64,000 nucleotides of DNA from Bacteriovoracia bacterium (GCA_050246755.1 JBFWVL010000001.1:1344001-1408000); one strand, 5' to 3'. Shown: positions 47,827 to 58,828, counted from the stretch's first letter. Numbers and translations are program-made. The notes: generated by a model not told the origin, from the letters alone.

Positions 47827-49398
47827 TTAGTCGAGTTTTCCCAGCACGGATTCGGCAGCCGCGAGCACTTGCCCCGACCCCACCATCTCCGTGATGGCCA
47901 TAATATCGTGGTGAAAAATTCTGTCTTTCTTGATTGGCGGCACGCGCGTGCGGATCAGCGTCTGGACCGCTTCGAGGGGCTTCGAAGATTTCAGTGGCCG
48001 CTGAAGCTCGATCCCTTGCGAGCCTGCCAAAAGTTCCATCGCGAGCACATGGCGAAGGTTAATGAGAATTTGCCGGGCCTTCCGCGCCGCGGTTACGCCC
48101 ATGCTCACGTGATCTTCTTTGTCGGCGGATGTAGGAATGGAATCCACCGAAGCGGGATGGGACAAAACTTTATTTTCCGAAACGAGAGAGGCCGAGGCCA
48201 CTTGCACGATCATCAGGCCGGAATTGAGTCCCGGATCCGGTGTGAGGAAGGCCGGCAAGCCGGAGATGGCCGGATTAATCAGTTTCTGCACGCGAAGATC
48301 GGAAATATTTGCAAACTCGGAAAGAGCGATGCAAGCCGTGTCCATCGCAATCGCCACGTATTCCCCGTGAAAGTTTCCGCCGCTCATGATTTCGCCGCCG
48401 AGAGGGCCGCTGCCTTTTTTATTCATTTCACTGGGAAGAAACACGAGAGGATTGTCGGTGGCCGAATTCATTTCGGTTTCCAGAACGGAGACCACGTTGT
48501 CTAGAAATCTTCGGGCGGCGCCGTGTACTTGCGGCATGCAGCGGAAGCTATAGGGATCTTGAACCTTGCCGCAGTCTTTATGGCTTTCCGCGATTTGGCT
48601 CGTGCCGAGCAGGCGGCGGAGGTTTTTTGCGCACGCGGCTTGCTCGGGATGGGGGCGGATGCGCTGAATTTCTTTGGAGAAGGCCACCGCCGTGCCACGG
48701 AACGCCTCAAGGCTGAGGGCGCCGGAGATATCGGCAGTTTTGGCGAGCGTGAGCGCCTCGTGCACCACGAGCGCGCCGATGGCGGTCATGATCTGGGTGC
48801 CGTTGATGAGGGAGAGGCCTTCTTTCACACCTAGCGTATGTGGCTTGATCTTTGCCTTTTTCAAAGCCTTAGCGGAATCCATCCACGCGCCATCGTACCA
48901 GCAAGTGCCTTCGCCGATGAGCACGAGCGCCATGTGGGCGAGGGGGGCTAGATCTCCGCAGGCACCCACGCTGCCCTGCTCGGGAATCCAGGCGATGATT
49001 CCGGCATTCTGGATCTCGATCAGCTTTTCCAAAAGCTCCAGCGAAATGCCGGAATAGCCTTTGGCGAGGGTATTAGTGCGCAAAAGCATCGCGGCCTTTG
49101 CTTCGGGAAGAGAAAGAGGATTGCCTACCCCCACACTGTGGGAGCGAATGAGGTTCACCTGGAGCTCGGCGAGTTTACTTTTCTCGATTTTCACGTCGGC
49201 GAGGAGGCCGAAGCCCGTATTCACCCCGTAAACGGCGTCTTTGCCGGCCGCGAGCTTCATCACGTATTTGCGGGCTTCCCGCACTTTCGCTTTGGCTTTA
49301 TCGGCGAGCTTAATCTGGGCGGCTCCCGCTTCAGCGTGAGACCAATCCCATACTTTTTTTAGGGTAAGCGAAGCGCCATCGAGCACTAAGTCTTTCAT
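47827..49398 (-). CDS. hutH: Histidine ammonia-lyase (MIO tripeptide reads A-C-G)
   Basis: [51 protein letters not shown]. Confidence 0.96.
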   Translation of the reverse strand: MKDLVLDGASLTLKKVWDWSHAEAGAAQIKLADKAKAKVREARKYVMKLAAGKDAVYGVNTGFGLLADVKIEKSKLAELQVNLIRSHSVGVGNPLSLPEAKAAMLLRTNTLAKGYSGISLELLEKLIEIQNAGIIAWIPEQGSVGACGDLAPLAHMALVLIGEGTCWYDGAWMDSAKALKKAKIKPHTLGVKEGLSLINGTQIMTAIGALVVHEALTLAKTADISGALSLEAFRGTAVAFSKEIQRIRPHPEQAACAKNLRRLLGTSQIAESHKDCGKVQDPYSFRCMPQVHGAARRFLDNVVSVLETEMNSATDNPLVFLPSEMNKKGSGPLGGEIMSGGNFHGEYVAIAMDTACIALSEFANISDLRVQKLINPAISGLPAFLTPDPGLNSGLMIVQVASASLVSENKVLSHPASVDSIPTSADKEDHVSMGVTAARKARQILINLRHVLAMELLAGSQGIELQRPLKSSKPLEAVQTLIRTRVPPIKKDRIFHHDIMAITEMVGSGQVLAAAESVLGKLD

Positions 49399-50069
49399 TT
49401 CTTTTTCTCTCCGCGCAGGGAGGCGATGGCCTTGGCGTAGTCTTTCGCCTTAAATACAAAGCTTCCCGCCACGAGCACGTCGGCACCAGCTTCGATTAGG
49501 GCCGGGGCATTTTTATCGTTCACTCCTCCGTCGATCTCGATCAGGAAAGAATGCTGGCCGCTTGCGCGCATTTGGGTGAGATCTTTGCATTTATCCAAAA
49601 CCTCCGGGATGAAATCTTGGCCGCCGAAACCAGGATTTACGCTCATGAGTAAAACGAGATCCACCATGCCGAGCACGTGCCGGATGGTTTCCACCGGCGT
49701 GGCGGGGTTGATCACTACGCCGGCCTTGCAGCCGGCCGCACGGATCTGCTGAAGCGTGCGGTGAAGATGGGGAGAGGCCTCGGCGTGTACGGTGAGGTAG
49801 TCTGCCCCGGCTTTTGCGAAATCTTCCACGTAGCGCTCGGGCTCGGTGATCATCAGGTGCACGTCGAGCACCTCGGGGCGGGGGCTGAGCTTATTCAGGG
49901 AGGCCAGCACTACGGGACCAATCGTGATATTAGGCACGAAGTGCCCATCCATCACATCCACGTGAATCCAATCGGCGCCGGCCTTGGCGACCGCTTTTAC
50001 TTCTTCCCCGAGGCGCGCGAAATCAGCGGAAAGGATACTGGGAGCAATGAGCGTACGCTGCTTTTTCAT
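49395..50069 (-). CDS. rpe: Ribulose-phosphate 3-epimerase
   Basis: [36 protein letters not shown]. Confidence 0.98.
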   Translation of the reverse strand: MKKQRTLIAPSILSADFARLGEEVKAVAKAGADWIHVDVMDGHFVPNITIGPVVLASLNKLSPRPEVLDVHLMITEPERYVEDFAKAGADYLTVHAEASPHLHRTLQQIRAAGCKAGVVINPATPVETIRHVLGMVDLVLLMSVNPGFGGQDFIPEVLDKCKDLTQMRASGQHSFLIEIDGGVNDKNAPALIEAGADVLVAGSFVFKAKDYAKAIASLRGEKKK

Positions 50070-51013
50070 GTGGAATCCCCCGAATCGAAGACTTGGGCCA
50101 GGCCCTGCGTTTTCATACCATTCTCGAATTCCCTCGGCAATATCGCCGGCTTGCCTTCCGGCTGAAGGCGCAGGATTTCGAGGGCGCCTTCACGGCAGTG
50201 CACGAAGAGTCGTTCTTCTTCGAACCAGAATACTCCGCCCCGTCCGCCAGCTTTTCCCGGGGCCATTCGGGCTTGGAGGATTTTTATACGTTTTTTATTT
50301 AAATAGGTATAAGCGCCCGGCCAAGGAAAAAGGCCGCGCACCTGATTGTGGATCGTCTGCGCTGTTTCCTGCGCGAAATGAATCAGCCCTTGCTCTTTTG
50401 ATAGCAAGGGGGCGAGGGTGGCCTTGCTGCCGTCTTGCTTCCTCGGAGTAATGGACCCTTTTTCCAGGCCATCGAGGGTGGCCACGATCAAGTTTCCCCC
50501 CACTACTTTCAAGCGATCTTGCAGCTCCTTGGCGCTTTCATTTTCGCCGATCGTGGCGGGAACCTGCAGTAAAACATCTCCCGCGTCCATTTCTTTCACC
50601 ATGAATTGGGTGGTTACGCCGGTATTCGCGTATCCCTTGAGCACTGCCCACTGCATGGGGGCGGCGCCGCGGAGATCTGGCAAAAGAGAAGGATGCACAT
50701 TTACGGGAGGAAACTTACAAAATTTCAGGAGCTTTTCGCCGAGAAAGCCGCCGTAGGCCACAACCACCAGGATATCGGGCGCGAGCCTTTCCAAAAAAGA
50801 ATAGGTTTCTTCGCGATTTACTTTTTCCGGCTGCAGGATAGGAATATTTTTTTCGAGGGCCCGCACTTTTACGGCGGGTGGCTCTAATTTCAGCCCGCGC
50901 CCAGCAGGCCGGTCCGGCTGAGTCACAATGCCGGCCACCTCATGATTCGAGGCGAGAAGGGCGTCGAGGGAAGCCACCGCAAATTCCGGGCTTCCAAAGA
51001 AAACGCACTTCAC
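50066..51013 (-). CDS. fmt: Methionyl-tRNA formyltransferase
   Basis: [30 protein letters not shown]. Confidence 0.97.
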   Translation of the reverse strand: MKCVFFGSPEFAVASLDALLASNHEVAGIVTQPDRPAGRGLKLEPPAVKVRALEKNIPILQPEKVNREETYSFLERLAPDILVVVAYGGFLGEKLLKFCKFPPVNVHPSLLPDLRGAAPMQWAVLKGYANTGVTTQFMVKEMDAGDVLLQVPATIGENESAKELQDRLKVVGGNLIVATLDGLEKGSITPRKQDGSKATLAPLLSKEQGLIHFAQETAQTIHNQVRGLFPWPGAYTYLNKKRIKILQARMAPGKAGGRGGVFWFEEERLFVHCREGALEILRLQPEGKPAILPREFENGMKTQGLAQVFDSGDST

Positions 51014-51543
51014 TCGTCTTGTTCCTTTTCCTTTTTGATCCGGCGCTTTACCGAACGGCTTTTCACGAAACTAAGGCGATCAATAAAAAGCCGACCTTCA
51101 AGGTGATCGAGTTCGTGCTGAATGGCTACGGCCAGGAGTCCATCCGCTTCCAGGGTATGGGGCTTGCCGTCGACGTCTTGGTATTCAACCGTCACTTTTT
51201 CGGAGCGCAAAACTTCTTCGTATTCACCGGGAATGCTCAGGCAGCCTTCTTTAAAAAGAATTTCACCTTCTTTTTTGGTGATCTTGGCATTGATAAAAAT
51301 CCGCGGGTTCTGGTTGGAAAGAATGGGCGGCTCGTCTTCGGTGGAGTCGTAGTCGATATCAATCACTACCAGCTGTTGGTGCACGTCCACTTGGGGGGCG
51401 GCAAGGCCGATGCCGGGAGCGTCGTACATCGTTTCTAACATGTCGTCGCAGAGCTTTTTGAGCGCGGCATCGAATTTGGTCACCGGCTTGCTCTTTTGGG
51501 CCAAACGCGGATCGGGATAAGTTAAAATGGTGAGTTTTGCCAT
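51010..51543 (-). CDS. def: Peptide deformylase
   Basis: GIGLAAPQ, EGCLS, QHELDHLEG. Confidence 0.98.
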   Translation of the reverse strand: MAKLTILTYPDPRLAQKSKPVTKFDAALKKLCDDMLETMYDAPGIGLAAPQVDVHQQLVVIDIDYDSTEDEPPILSNQNPRIFINAKITKKEGEILFKEGCLSIPGEYEEVLRSEKVTVEYQDVDGKPHTLEADGLLAVAIQHELDHLEGRLFIDRLSFVKSRSVKRRIKKEKEQDE

Positions 51544-51547
51544 CGTG

Positions 51548-52627
51548 TTATGCTCGTTTATTCCTTAGTACCATGAATAAGCCCAAGCCAAAAAACAGGA
51601 AGTTGGGCCCCCAGGCCGCCCAGAGCGGAGGAATTCTCCCGGATTTGCCAATCGAGAGCGACGCGGAAAAAAGCAGCCAGTAAACAAGTACGATAAGAAA
51701 GCAGAGGCTGATATCGCGGGCCAGGCTCGCATGCCTGTGATGCTGGGTGGCAAAAGGAATGCCGAGGAGAGCCATCACGAGGGGAACCAAAGCGAGGCTG
51801 ATTTTTGACCAGAAAACTACTTCGTAAGAATGTGTATCAATGCCGGCATCTTTATTGCGCTGGATATAGCGCCAAAGATTTTTCAGGCGCAGTGTTTCTA
51901 CTTCTTTTTCGATTTCCGAAAACTCGGCGGGGCTTTCATTGAGGGTGAGCGACTGCGTGGCAAAACGCCGGGTCATGGGGTAGCCGTTTGCTTCGTCGAA
52001 GAGCGTGATGAGGCCGTTAGAGAGAAGCCAGCGCCCGTCTGCGTAATCCGCCGTATCGGCTTCGATCTGTTGAATAAGGTCGAACCTGTCATTGAAGGTA
52101 TAGATGGAAATTCCAGAAATGCGATTAATGCGCGGTTCGAACGAGCGCAGGTTATAAATGAGGTTACGGCTTCGGTACCAAATTTTATTCTGTTTGATGT
52201 CGGTTTGCAGGTCGGGTTTTTTCTGAATTTCCGTTCGGTAGATATGCGCACGCAATTTTGCCAAGGGTGGCACGATTCGATCCGTAACCACGAAAGAGAC
52301 GCAGCAGAGCATGAAAACCAGGCTGAGCACCACGAAGGCAATGCGCGCCAAGCTGATTCCGCTAGCAAACATCGCTGTAAGCTCATTTCTTCGTGCCAGT
52401 CCCGATAGGCAAATCAGCGTTCCCATCAGGCATGCGGCCGGAAGCAAGAGCACGAGTACTTCGGGCATTTGTAGAAAAGTGAATTGAAGCGCGAAAGCGG
52501 GGGGGATATCGTCGCGTAAGCCCTGCCGCACGGTGTCGCCGCCGAGGTACAAAACGAGAAAGGTGGCCATGGCCGCAAGTAGGCCCTTCCAAAATTCTCT
52601 GGCAATATAGCGGTCGAGGATGCTCAC
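51548..52627 (-). CDS. lptG: LPS export ABC permease, LptG/LptF family
   Basis: MSILDRYI, RRNELTAMFASGIS, PPLWAAWGPN. Confidence 0.85.
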   Translation of the reverse strand: MSILDRYIAREFWKGLLAAMATFLVLYLGGDTVRQGLRDDIPPAFALQFTFLQMPEVLVLLLPAACLMGTLICLSGLARRNELTAMFASGISLARIAFVVLSLVFMLCCVSFVVTDRIVPPLAKLRAHIYRTEIQKKPDLQTDIKQNKIWYRSRNLIYNLRSFEPRINRISGISIYTFNDRFDLIQQIEADTADYADGRWLLSNGLITLFDEANGYPMTRRFATQSLTLNESPAEFSEIEKEVETLRLKNLWRYIQRNKDAGIDTHSYEVVFWSKISLALVPLVMALLGIPFATQHHRHASLARDISLCFLIVLVYWLLFSASLSIGKSGRIPPLWAAWGPNFLFFGLGLFMVLRNKRA

Positions 52628-52684
52628 AGATTAAACTTATCATAATCAAACCCCGCTGTTACACTCGGCAACGAAGGAAAAAGT

Positions 52685-53431
52685 ATGAAAGATCGTCCCC
52701 TTAGCGTGTGGACCAGACTTAAGAACTGGCTCGCGGATACCGGTAAACAGCTCGCGATTGCGATCTTTATCGTCATGTTCCTTCGCTCGTCGATTATCGA
52801 GCCCTATAAGATTCCTTCGGGATCTATGATTCCCACCCTTTTCATCGGCGACCACATTTTCGTGAACAAATTCGCTTATGGTTTCAAGGTTCCCTTTACC
52901 GAGTTTTTTCTCGAAAGACCGCTTTTCATGACTAAGGCGACCGTACCGGCCCGCGGGGACGTGATCGTATTCCGGTACCCGAAAGACGAGTCGATCAACT
53001 ATATCAAGCGGGTAGTGGGCCTGCCTGGTGACCTCATTGCCATTCGCGACAAAGTGCTCTACCTCAACAATAAACCGATCTCGATCGATCCCCTAAAAGA
53101 CGAGAAGCTCGAGGCGGGAATTGAAAACGAAGAAGAGCGCCAGGTGCTTACGCTCTATAAAGAGAAGCTCGAAAATATCGAGCACCCGGTTCTCTACAAC
53201 ATGAACAGCCTCCTGAATTCCGATTACGGCCCGGTGGAAATTCCCGAGGGCAAGCTACTTTGCCTCGGCGACAACCGCGATCGCAGCTCGGATAGCCGCG
53301 TGTGGGGTTTTGTGCCGCTGGAGAACGTAAAAGGAAAAGCCATGTTCGTTTGGCTTAATTTCGTATTCCAGATGGAAAACGAGTTCCGCTTCCAGTTTCG
53401 TCCTGAGCGGATCGGCACCATCATTCACTAA
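52685..53431 (+). CDS. lepB: Signal peptidase I
   Basis: IPSGSMIPTL, YIKRVVGLPGD, GDNRDRSSDSRVWG. Confidence 0.97.
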   Translation: MKDRPLSVWTRLKNWLADTGKQLAIAIFIVMFLRSSIIEPYKIPSGSMIPTLFIGDHIFVNKFAYGFKVPFTEFFLERPLFMTKATVPARGDVIVFRYPKDESINYIKRVVGLPGDLIAIRDKVLYLNNKPISIDPLKDEKLEAGIENEEERQVLTLYKEKLENIEHPVLYNMNSLLNSDYGPVEIPEGKLLCLGDNRDRSSDSRVWGFVPLENVKGKAMFVWLNFVFQMENEFRFQFRPERIGTIIH

Positions 53432-53440
53432 CCGAAAAAT

Positions 53441-54193
53441 TTAGTCTTTAGCGAACAGGACGATTGCGCGTACCAGGGCGCGCGCTCCGCCGCGGGCGCC
53501 GGGGATCACGCTAAGAACATTTTTTAGTAAGATGCCGTGGCGATAGTATCCGCTTACGAAGGCGCGCCCGAGCGCGCTGCCCGTTAGAACCCCATCGCGC
53601 ACTGCGCGCAGGCCCCGAACTTCCCGGCAGTCCTCATCGCCGAAAGCCCAGGTGGCCACCACGCAATACTTCTTCATCTGAATCGCGTGGTAGGTATTCC
53701 AAAATTCTTTTTTGTTCACGATTCCGCCGCCGTAAACTAGATTTTTGCGGATATTTTCCCCAGCAAAATGCTGAAACGGCTGCCCAAGCGTGAAGCGAAT
53801 AAAAAGACGATGGTATAGCTGGCGCTCCTGAGTGGCGGAGGGCGTGTTCAAGCGGTCGAGCATTTTCAGTAGATCGAAAAAAATCGAAGAAATGATCAGT
53901 GATTCGGCCGTGCGCCGCTTGGGCTCATAGAGCTGAGGGCTGAGATCGGCAACTTCCACGTTGAGGCTCTTAGCCGTGATCGCCAAAAAACGCCGGTAAG
54001 ATACCATGGCCTTCGCGTAGTCGCGGCGCTCGATAAACATCCGGCCTTCCCGCGCAATGGAAATGCGTTTGCCAAGTTCTTCGAGAAATTGCCGTTCCTG
54101 CTTCTTTTTTTCTTGATCGAGAATTTGGGCCTCGATCTTATTCGAGCGCTCCTGGAATTTACTAGCGGCGGCTGATTTTGGCTTTTCGTCCAT
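53441..54193 (-). CDS. Hypothetical protein with C-terminal CFI-box-CTERM-like domain
   Basis: CVVATWAFG..EV..LR..RD..L..GRAFV..YY pattern. Confidence 0.65.
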   Translation of the reverse strand: MDEKPKSAAASKFQERSNKIEAQILDQEKKKQERQFLEELGKRISIAREGRMFIERRDYAKAMVSYRRFLAITAKSLNVEVADLSPQLYEPKRRTAESLIISSIFFDLLKMLDRLNTPSATQERQLYHRLFIRFTLGQPFQHFAGENIRKNLVYGGGIVNKKEFWNTYHAIQMKKYCVVATWAFGDEDCREVRGLRAVRDGVLTGSALGRAFVSGYYRHGILLKNVLSVIPGARGGARALVRAIVLFAKD

Positions 54194-54202
54194 GAGCGCT
54201 TA

Positions 54203-56365
54203 TTACATCAGGGAAACTGGATCAACGTCAACCTGCACACCGGCCCGCCGGTCGAGCTTGATGATAGCGGGCACCAGCACGGATTTTAGCAATGCGTGTA
54301 GCATTCCGGCTTGGGGAGCCTTCACGAGGAGGCTCCAGCGGTGCCGATTCTGTACCTTTGCCAGCACCGCGGGTGCAGGCCCCAGGATCTCTAAACCGGA
54401 GCGCGCAGCTCCACGGTGGAGGAGGGCACCGAGCATTTCGGCGGTGGATTCCGCCAAGGAAGCGCTGGTGGAGGAAACGATAATGCGCGCCAGGCGCGTA
54501 AATGGAGGGTATTGAAAAGCGTGGCGTTGACGCAGCTCTTCTTCCGCGAAGCTGCGAAAATCATGCGTGGTGGCGTGTACGATACTGGGATGATTGGGAT
54601 TGTAGGTTTGCAGAAATACGCGGCCCGGCCGGGAACCGCGTCCCGCTCTGCCGGCCATTTGGGTAAAAAGCTGAAAGCTTTTTTCTGCCGCGCGGAAGTC
54701 GGGAAGGTGGAAACTGGAATCCGCGTTCACCACTCCCACCAAAGCAATGTCGGGAAAATCATGGCCCTTGGCGATGATCTGGGTGCCGATCACGATCTGT
54801 ACTTCTTTTTTAGCGATCGATTCCAGCGCGCGCTCGAGCATGCCTTTTCTTTCCATGCTTTCACGATCGATGCGCAGGATCGCGGCGTCGGGAAATATCC
54901 GGCGCACATCCTCTTCGAGAGATTCCGTTCCCAGCGTTCCGGGCATTAGCTCGGCATGATTGCACTTGGCGCAAGCCGCGGGAATCTCCTCGGCATGCCC
55001 GCAATAATGGCATTTTAGCAGCGAAGAATTTTTGTAGTTCGTGAGCGAGACGCTGCAGTTCGGGCATTCGGGCACGAAGCCACAAGACTTGCAAAGCAAG
55101 AACGAAGAAAAGCCGCGTCGATTTAGCAGCAACATCACTTGTCCGCCGTTGTCGATCGTTTCCCGGATCGCGAAACGTAACGGCGGGGTGATCGTTTCTT
55201 CGGAGCTGTACTTGGATTGATCGACCACCTCCACCGAGGGCATTTGCTGGCCGCGGGTTCGTTTCGGGAGGCGCAGGTGCCGATAGCGGCCTACGTTCGC
55301 GTTGTGAAACGTTTCGAGAGATGGCGTGGCGCTGCCTAAGATTACGGGACAGCCGGAAAATTTCGCGCGCATTACGGCCAAATCGCGGCCGCTGTAGCGC
55401 AAGTGGTCTTCTTGTTTCAGGGCCGAATCGTGTTCTTCGTCCACGATCACGAGGCCCAAATTTTTGATTGGCGCGAGCGAAGCCGAACGGGCTCCGATGC
55501 AAACGCGATAGGCACCCTTATTCAACAAGTGCCAGGCACGGCTGCGTTCTCCGTCGGAAATTCCCGAGTGAAGCAGCGCGATTCTCTCGCCGAGCCGGGC
55601 GCGGAAGCGCGCGACGAGCTGGGGAGTCAGGGAGATTTCCGGCACCACCACGAGCACCGATTGGTTTTTCTGCAGTGCCAGCTCGGCGGCGTGAAGGTAG
55701 ACTTCCGTTTTTCCGCTTCCCGTTACTCCCTCGAGCAGAAAACATTCGAATTTTTTCGCTTCGATTGCGCGCCCGATCGCGTCCATGGCCTCCGCCTGGT
55801 GGTCGGTGAGTGTGGGGGCCTGCGAGGTGATGGCAGCGGCATCGGGAATAGTATCATCGGCCACCGAATACTTTTCCAGCCAGCCCGATTCCACCAATCG
55901 TTTGGCGGCGTCTCGCCGCTCAGGATCCAAAGCCACGGCCTCCCGCAAGCCGATGAATTCGAGTACTTCTTTTTGTTTCTTTCCTTTCACCGTTTCCCCG
56001 GAATCGCGGCGGAATTTTCCCTCGGCGGTGAGGCGGAAAACGAAACGCTTCTTCGGGGAAGGATCGGGCGGCAAGAAAGTGCGCAGGACTTCCCCTAACG
56101 GATAATGGTAGTAATCCGCTGCCCATTCGAGGTATTGAAGCGTGCCCGAATCGAGTACGGGGAAGTCTTCCGACGCTCCTTCCACGCTGCGAATTTCGTA
56201 GGCCGCGGGCTGGGGCAGCGTGGCCGCTAGCTTGGTGACCACTCCATCCATGAGTTTTTTCCGCACCCGCACTTTCACCGGATCGCCTACCGCCAGCTTC
56301 AACCCTGCGGGAACTTTATAGGTGAGCGCGGGCAATGGCAGCGGCAGTGCGACGAAGGCAAACAT
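54203..56365 (-). CDS. priA: Primosomal protein N' helicase
   Basis: GVTGSGKTEVY, DEEHD, SATPSLE, LNRRG, Cys cluster, QMAGRAGR. Confidence 0.97.
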   Translation of the reverse strand: MFAFVALPLPLPALTYKVPAGLKLAVGDPVKVRVRKKLMDGVVTKLAATLPQPAAYEIRSVEGASEDFPVLDSGTLQYLEWAADYYHYPLGEVLRTFLPPDPSPKKRFVFRLTAEGKFRRDSGETVKGKKQKEVLEFIGLREAVALDPERRDAAKRLVESGWLEKYSVADDTIPDAAAITSQAPTLTDHQAEAMDAIGRAIEAKKFECFLLEGVTGSGKTEVYLHAAELALQKNQSVLVVVPEISLTPQLVARFRARLGERIALLHSGISDGERSRAWHLLNKGAYRVCIGARSASLAPIKNLGLVIVDEEHDSALKQEDHLRYSGRDLAVMRAKFSGCPVILGSATPSLETFHNANVGRYRHLRLPKRTRGQQMPSVEVVDQSKYSSEETITPPLRFAIRETIDNGGQVMLLLNRRGFSSFLLCKSCGFVPECPNCSVSLTNYKNSSLLKCHYCGHAEEIPAACAKCNHAELMPGTLGTESLEEDVRRIFPDAAILRIDRESMERKGMLERALESIAKKEVQIVIGTQIIAKGHDFPDIALVGVVNADSSFHLPDFRAAEKSFQLFTQMAGRAGRGSRPGRVFLQTYNPNHPSIVHATTHDFRSFAEEELRQRHAFQYPPFTRLARIIVSSTSASLAESTAEMLGALLHRGAARSGLEILGPAPAVLAKVQNRHRWSLLVKAPQAGMLHALLKSVLVPAIIKLDRRAGVQVDVDPVSLM

Positions 56366-57111
56366 TAGTGAAATAGAACGGCCGCGAGTGCCTTGATCTC
56401 TTCTGGATATTTAGCGTCGGAGCTCACTACGGGAGCGCCGGTGGTGGCGGCCGAAAGGCGGTCGAAAGAGAAATACATTACCGGTACTCCATCTTTCAGG
56501 AGCGTGATGCGGGCGCCGGTCGTATTCCCGCGGCGTACTGGGTAGACATTACGAAATTCCACGGCGCATCGGTTCTCTCCCGACTTCGTCCACGAGAGCT
56601 CTACCTTGGGGCAGGGGCCTTCGATGTGCAGGGGGAGGAAAGTATCTTTTTCAATCCAGATCGAGCGAGATCCTTCTTTGTCGGAGTGAACCCACGCGTA
56701 GGTTTTGTGGAAGCGCTTCATCGATACGGTGGGATCGGCTTTATAGAAAGGACGAGGAGCTTCCTTCATCGCCGCCGCTTGATCGCGGGAAGCGCGCAGT
56801 AAATCTACTTCGCGGGGAATCGTGAGGCCGAAGCCGCGAACCGCATCGGTGAGAGGTGCTTCTTCGCTTTGAAAAAGCAGCGAAAGGGTGGGCCAAGACC
56901 CGGCACCCGCAACCAAACCGGGAAGAGTGAGATTTCCTATCACCTCTTCGCCGCCGGTGGGCAAAGGGCGGGACACCGTGAAGGTCGCCCCGGGAACTAC
57001 GCCTTTGCCGCGATGGGCGGCGGTTTCGGCATAGATGAAAAAAGCTGGCGGCAAATAAGCCGAAGCCGAAACAGGAAGCAATAAAAGAAAGCCGAGAACC
57101 AAGTGTTTCAT
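56365..57111 (-). CDS. Secreted hypothetical protein
   Basis: Signal peptide ending ASA; coupled between galU and priA; IWIEKDTFLP resembles LolA-fold strand. Confidence 0.65.
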   Translation of the reverse strand: MKHLVLGFLLLLPVSASAYLPPAFFIYAETAAHRGKGVVPGATFTVSRPLPTGGEEVIGNLTLPGLVAGAGSWPTLSLLFQSEEAPLTDAVRGFGLTIPREVDLLRASRDQAAAMKEAPRPFYKADPTVSMKRFHKTYAWVHSDKEGSRSIWIEKDTFLPLHIEGPCPKVELSWTKSGENRCAVEFRNVYPVRRGNTTGARITLLKDGVPVMYFSFDRLSAATTGAPVVSSDAKYPEEIKALAAVLFH

Positions 57112-57935
57112 TGGGCGTGTTCCTTCGCTAAGCGCTGGATCAGCTTAATCGCGCGCTCCCGGATTTCCGGCCGCTTCATGGCGTAGTGCAAATTAGCCTC
57201 CAGATAGCCGAACTTATCTCCGGCATCGAAGCGCTGGCCCTCGAATTGGTAGGCGTACATTTTTCTTTTTTGGGCGAGCGCTTGGAGCGAATCGGTAAGC
57301 TGGATTTCTCCGCCCACGGTTACGTTGCCTTGTTCAAGAAAATCAAAAATGTCCGGCGTGAGAATATAACGGCCGGGGATGGCCAAGCGGGAGGGAGGGT
57401 TGGACTTTGGTTTTTCTACGAGAGTGTCGAGCAGCATCGTGCGGTCGGCGATCTCGTTGCCGCTCACGATGCCGTATTTTGAGGTATCTTCCTGCGAAAC
57501 TTCCATCACGCCCACTACGGGCGATCCGTTATATTTTTTGAAAACACCCACGAGCTGCTTGGTCACCGAAACTTCGGAGTCGATCACGTCGTCGCCGAGC
57601 AAAACAGCGAAGGGCTCGTTGCCCACGATCGGTTTTGCGCAAAGAATGGCGTGCCCCAGGCCACGTGGCGCGCCTTGGCGCACGGAAATAATATCGATCT
57701 TGCGAAGGAGCTCATCCTCCTGGTGATCGGTATCGAAATAATCTTCCAGGCTCGTTTTACCTTTGCTCGTGATCAAAACGATGCGCTGAATTCCCGCGCG
57801 GGCCGCCTCCAAAACAATATGGTGAAGGATCGGCGTGTCTACCAAAGGAAGAAGTTCTTTGGCCACAACTTTGGTAACGGGATGGAATCGTGTGCCGCGC
57901 CCGGCGACTGGAATCACTGCGGTTTTAATTTCCAT
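57108..57935 (-). CDS. galU: UTP-glucose-1-phosphate uridylyltransferase
   Basis: AVIPVAGRGTRF..KELLP, GLGHAI, VEKP, GEIQLTD. Confidence 0.93.
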   Translation of the reverse strand: MEIKTAVIPVAGRGTRFHPVTKVVAKELLPLVDTPILHHIVLEAARAGIQRIVLITSKGKTSLEDYFDTDHQEDELLRKIDIISVRQGAPRGLGHAILCAKPIVGNEPFAVLLGDDVIDSEVSVTKQLVGVFKKYNGSPVVGVMEVSQEDTSKYGIVSGNEIADRTMLLDTLVEKPKSNPPSRLAIPGRYILTPDIFDFLEQGNVTVGGEIQLTDSLQALAQKRKMYAYQFEGQRFDAGDKFGYLEANLHYAMKRPEIRERAIKLIQRLAKEHAQ

Positions 57936-57976
57936 AATCTTCCTTTTGCTTACTATAGCATGGTATTACGAAGGTA

Positions 57977-58828
57977 ATGACGCGCAACGTTTTTATCCTG
58001 TTGGCTCTCGCCGCCCTCCATGCCGATCTTTGCTTTGCTACTGCAGATTCCGCCCTCCTGCAAGGACTGGGTGGCGCGGGACGCGCGGGTATTCCCAAGG
58101 AATCTCTCTTTTCCAATCCGGCCGGGGCGGCTTTCTTGACTGACTCTTCCGGTTTTGTGAATTACGTGAAGCCCAAAATTCCAGATTTCAATGCGGGTGG
58201 CCGCGGCTATTCGGTAGGTATCTATGATGGCCAGCAGGGAGACTGGAAGGGCGCCTTTGGTTACACGCGCTCTTCACGCGCCGTATTGCAAAACAGCCAG
58301 CAAGCTTACGAAGACCGTTCCGATATGCGTTTTATTTTGGCTCGGCAGCTCGGCGGTTCGCTCGTGGGCGGGGGGCAAGTGCGCTACGTAAAAACCAGAG
58401 CCGGCGCCAATGAAGAGAAATTCGTTCAGGGAGACCTCGGAACTATTTTCCAGCTCTCAGGTGACATGCGCGTGGGCATTACCTACGAAAATATTTTAAA
58501 GCAGCGTCCCGGAGAGATACCTCCCACCCTCGGTGGCGGCGTGCAGTATGCGCTAGGCTTTGGCATCGAAGCGTTCGCGGATGGTACCCGTCAGATGTCT
58601 GGCCCCCAAAAGGGCGACAAGGGTTGGGCCGCGGGCGCACAGGCTCCGCTCGCCGCGGGCTTCGTGGCAAGAGCCGGAAAATTTCAAGAGGGCGTGCGCC
58701 GGCTGAAGGGATGGTCGCTCGGTTTAGGGTGGGTCGGTCCTCGAACTACTTTCGATTATAGCCTTCGTACCGCCGGAACCAAAAATCGCGAGCGGGATCA
58801 TCTTTTTGGGATGAACGTTTCGTTCTAG
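57977..58828 (+). CDS. Outer-membrane beta-barrel protein (FadL/PorV-like N-terminus)
   Basis: Signal peptide, GLGGAG..SLFSNPAG plug motif, terminal VSF. Confidence 0.65.
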   Translation: MTRNVFILLALAALHADLCFATADSALLQGLGGAGRAGIPKESLFSNPAGAAFLTDSSGFVNYVKPKIPDFNAGGRGYSVGIYDGQQGDWKGAFGYTRSSRAVLQNSQQAYEDRSDMRFILARQLGGSLVGGGQVRYVKTRAGANEEKFVQGDLGTIFQLSGDMRVGITYENILKQRPGEIPPTLGGGVQYALGFGIEAFADGTRQMSGPQKGDKGWAAGAQAPLAAGFVARAGKFQEGVRRLKGWSLGLGWVGPRTTFDYSLRTAGTKNRERDHLFGMNVSF

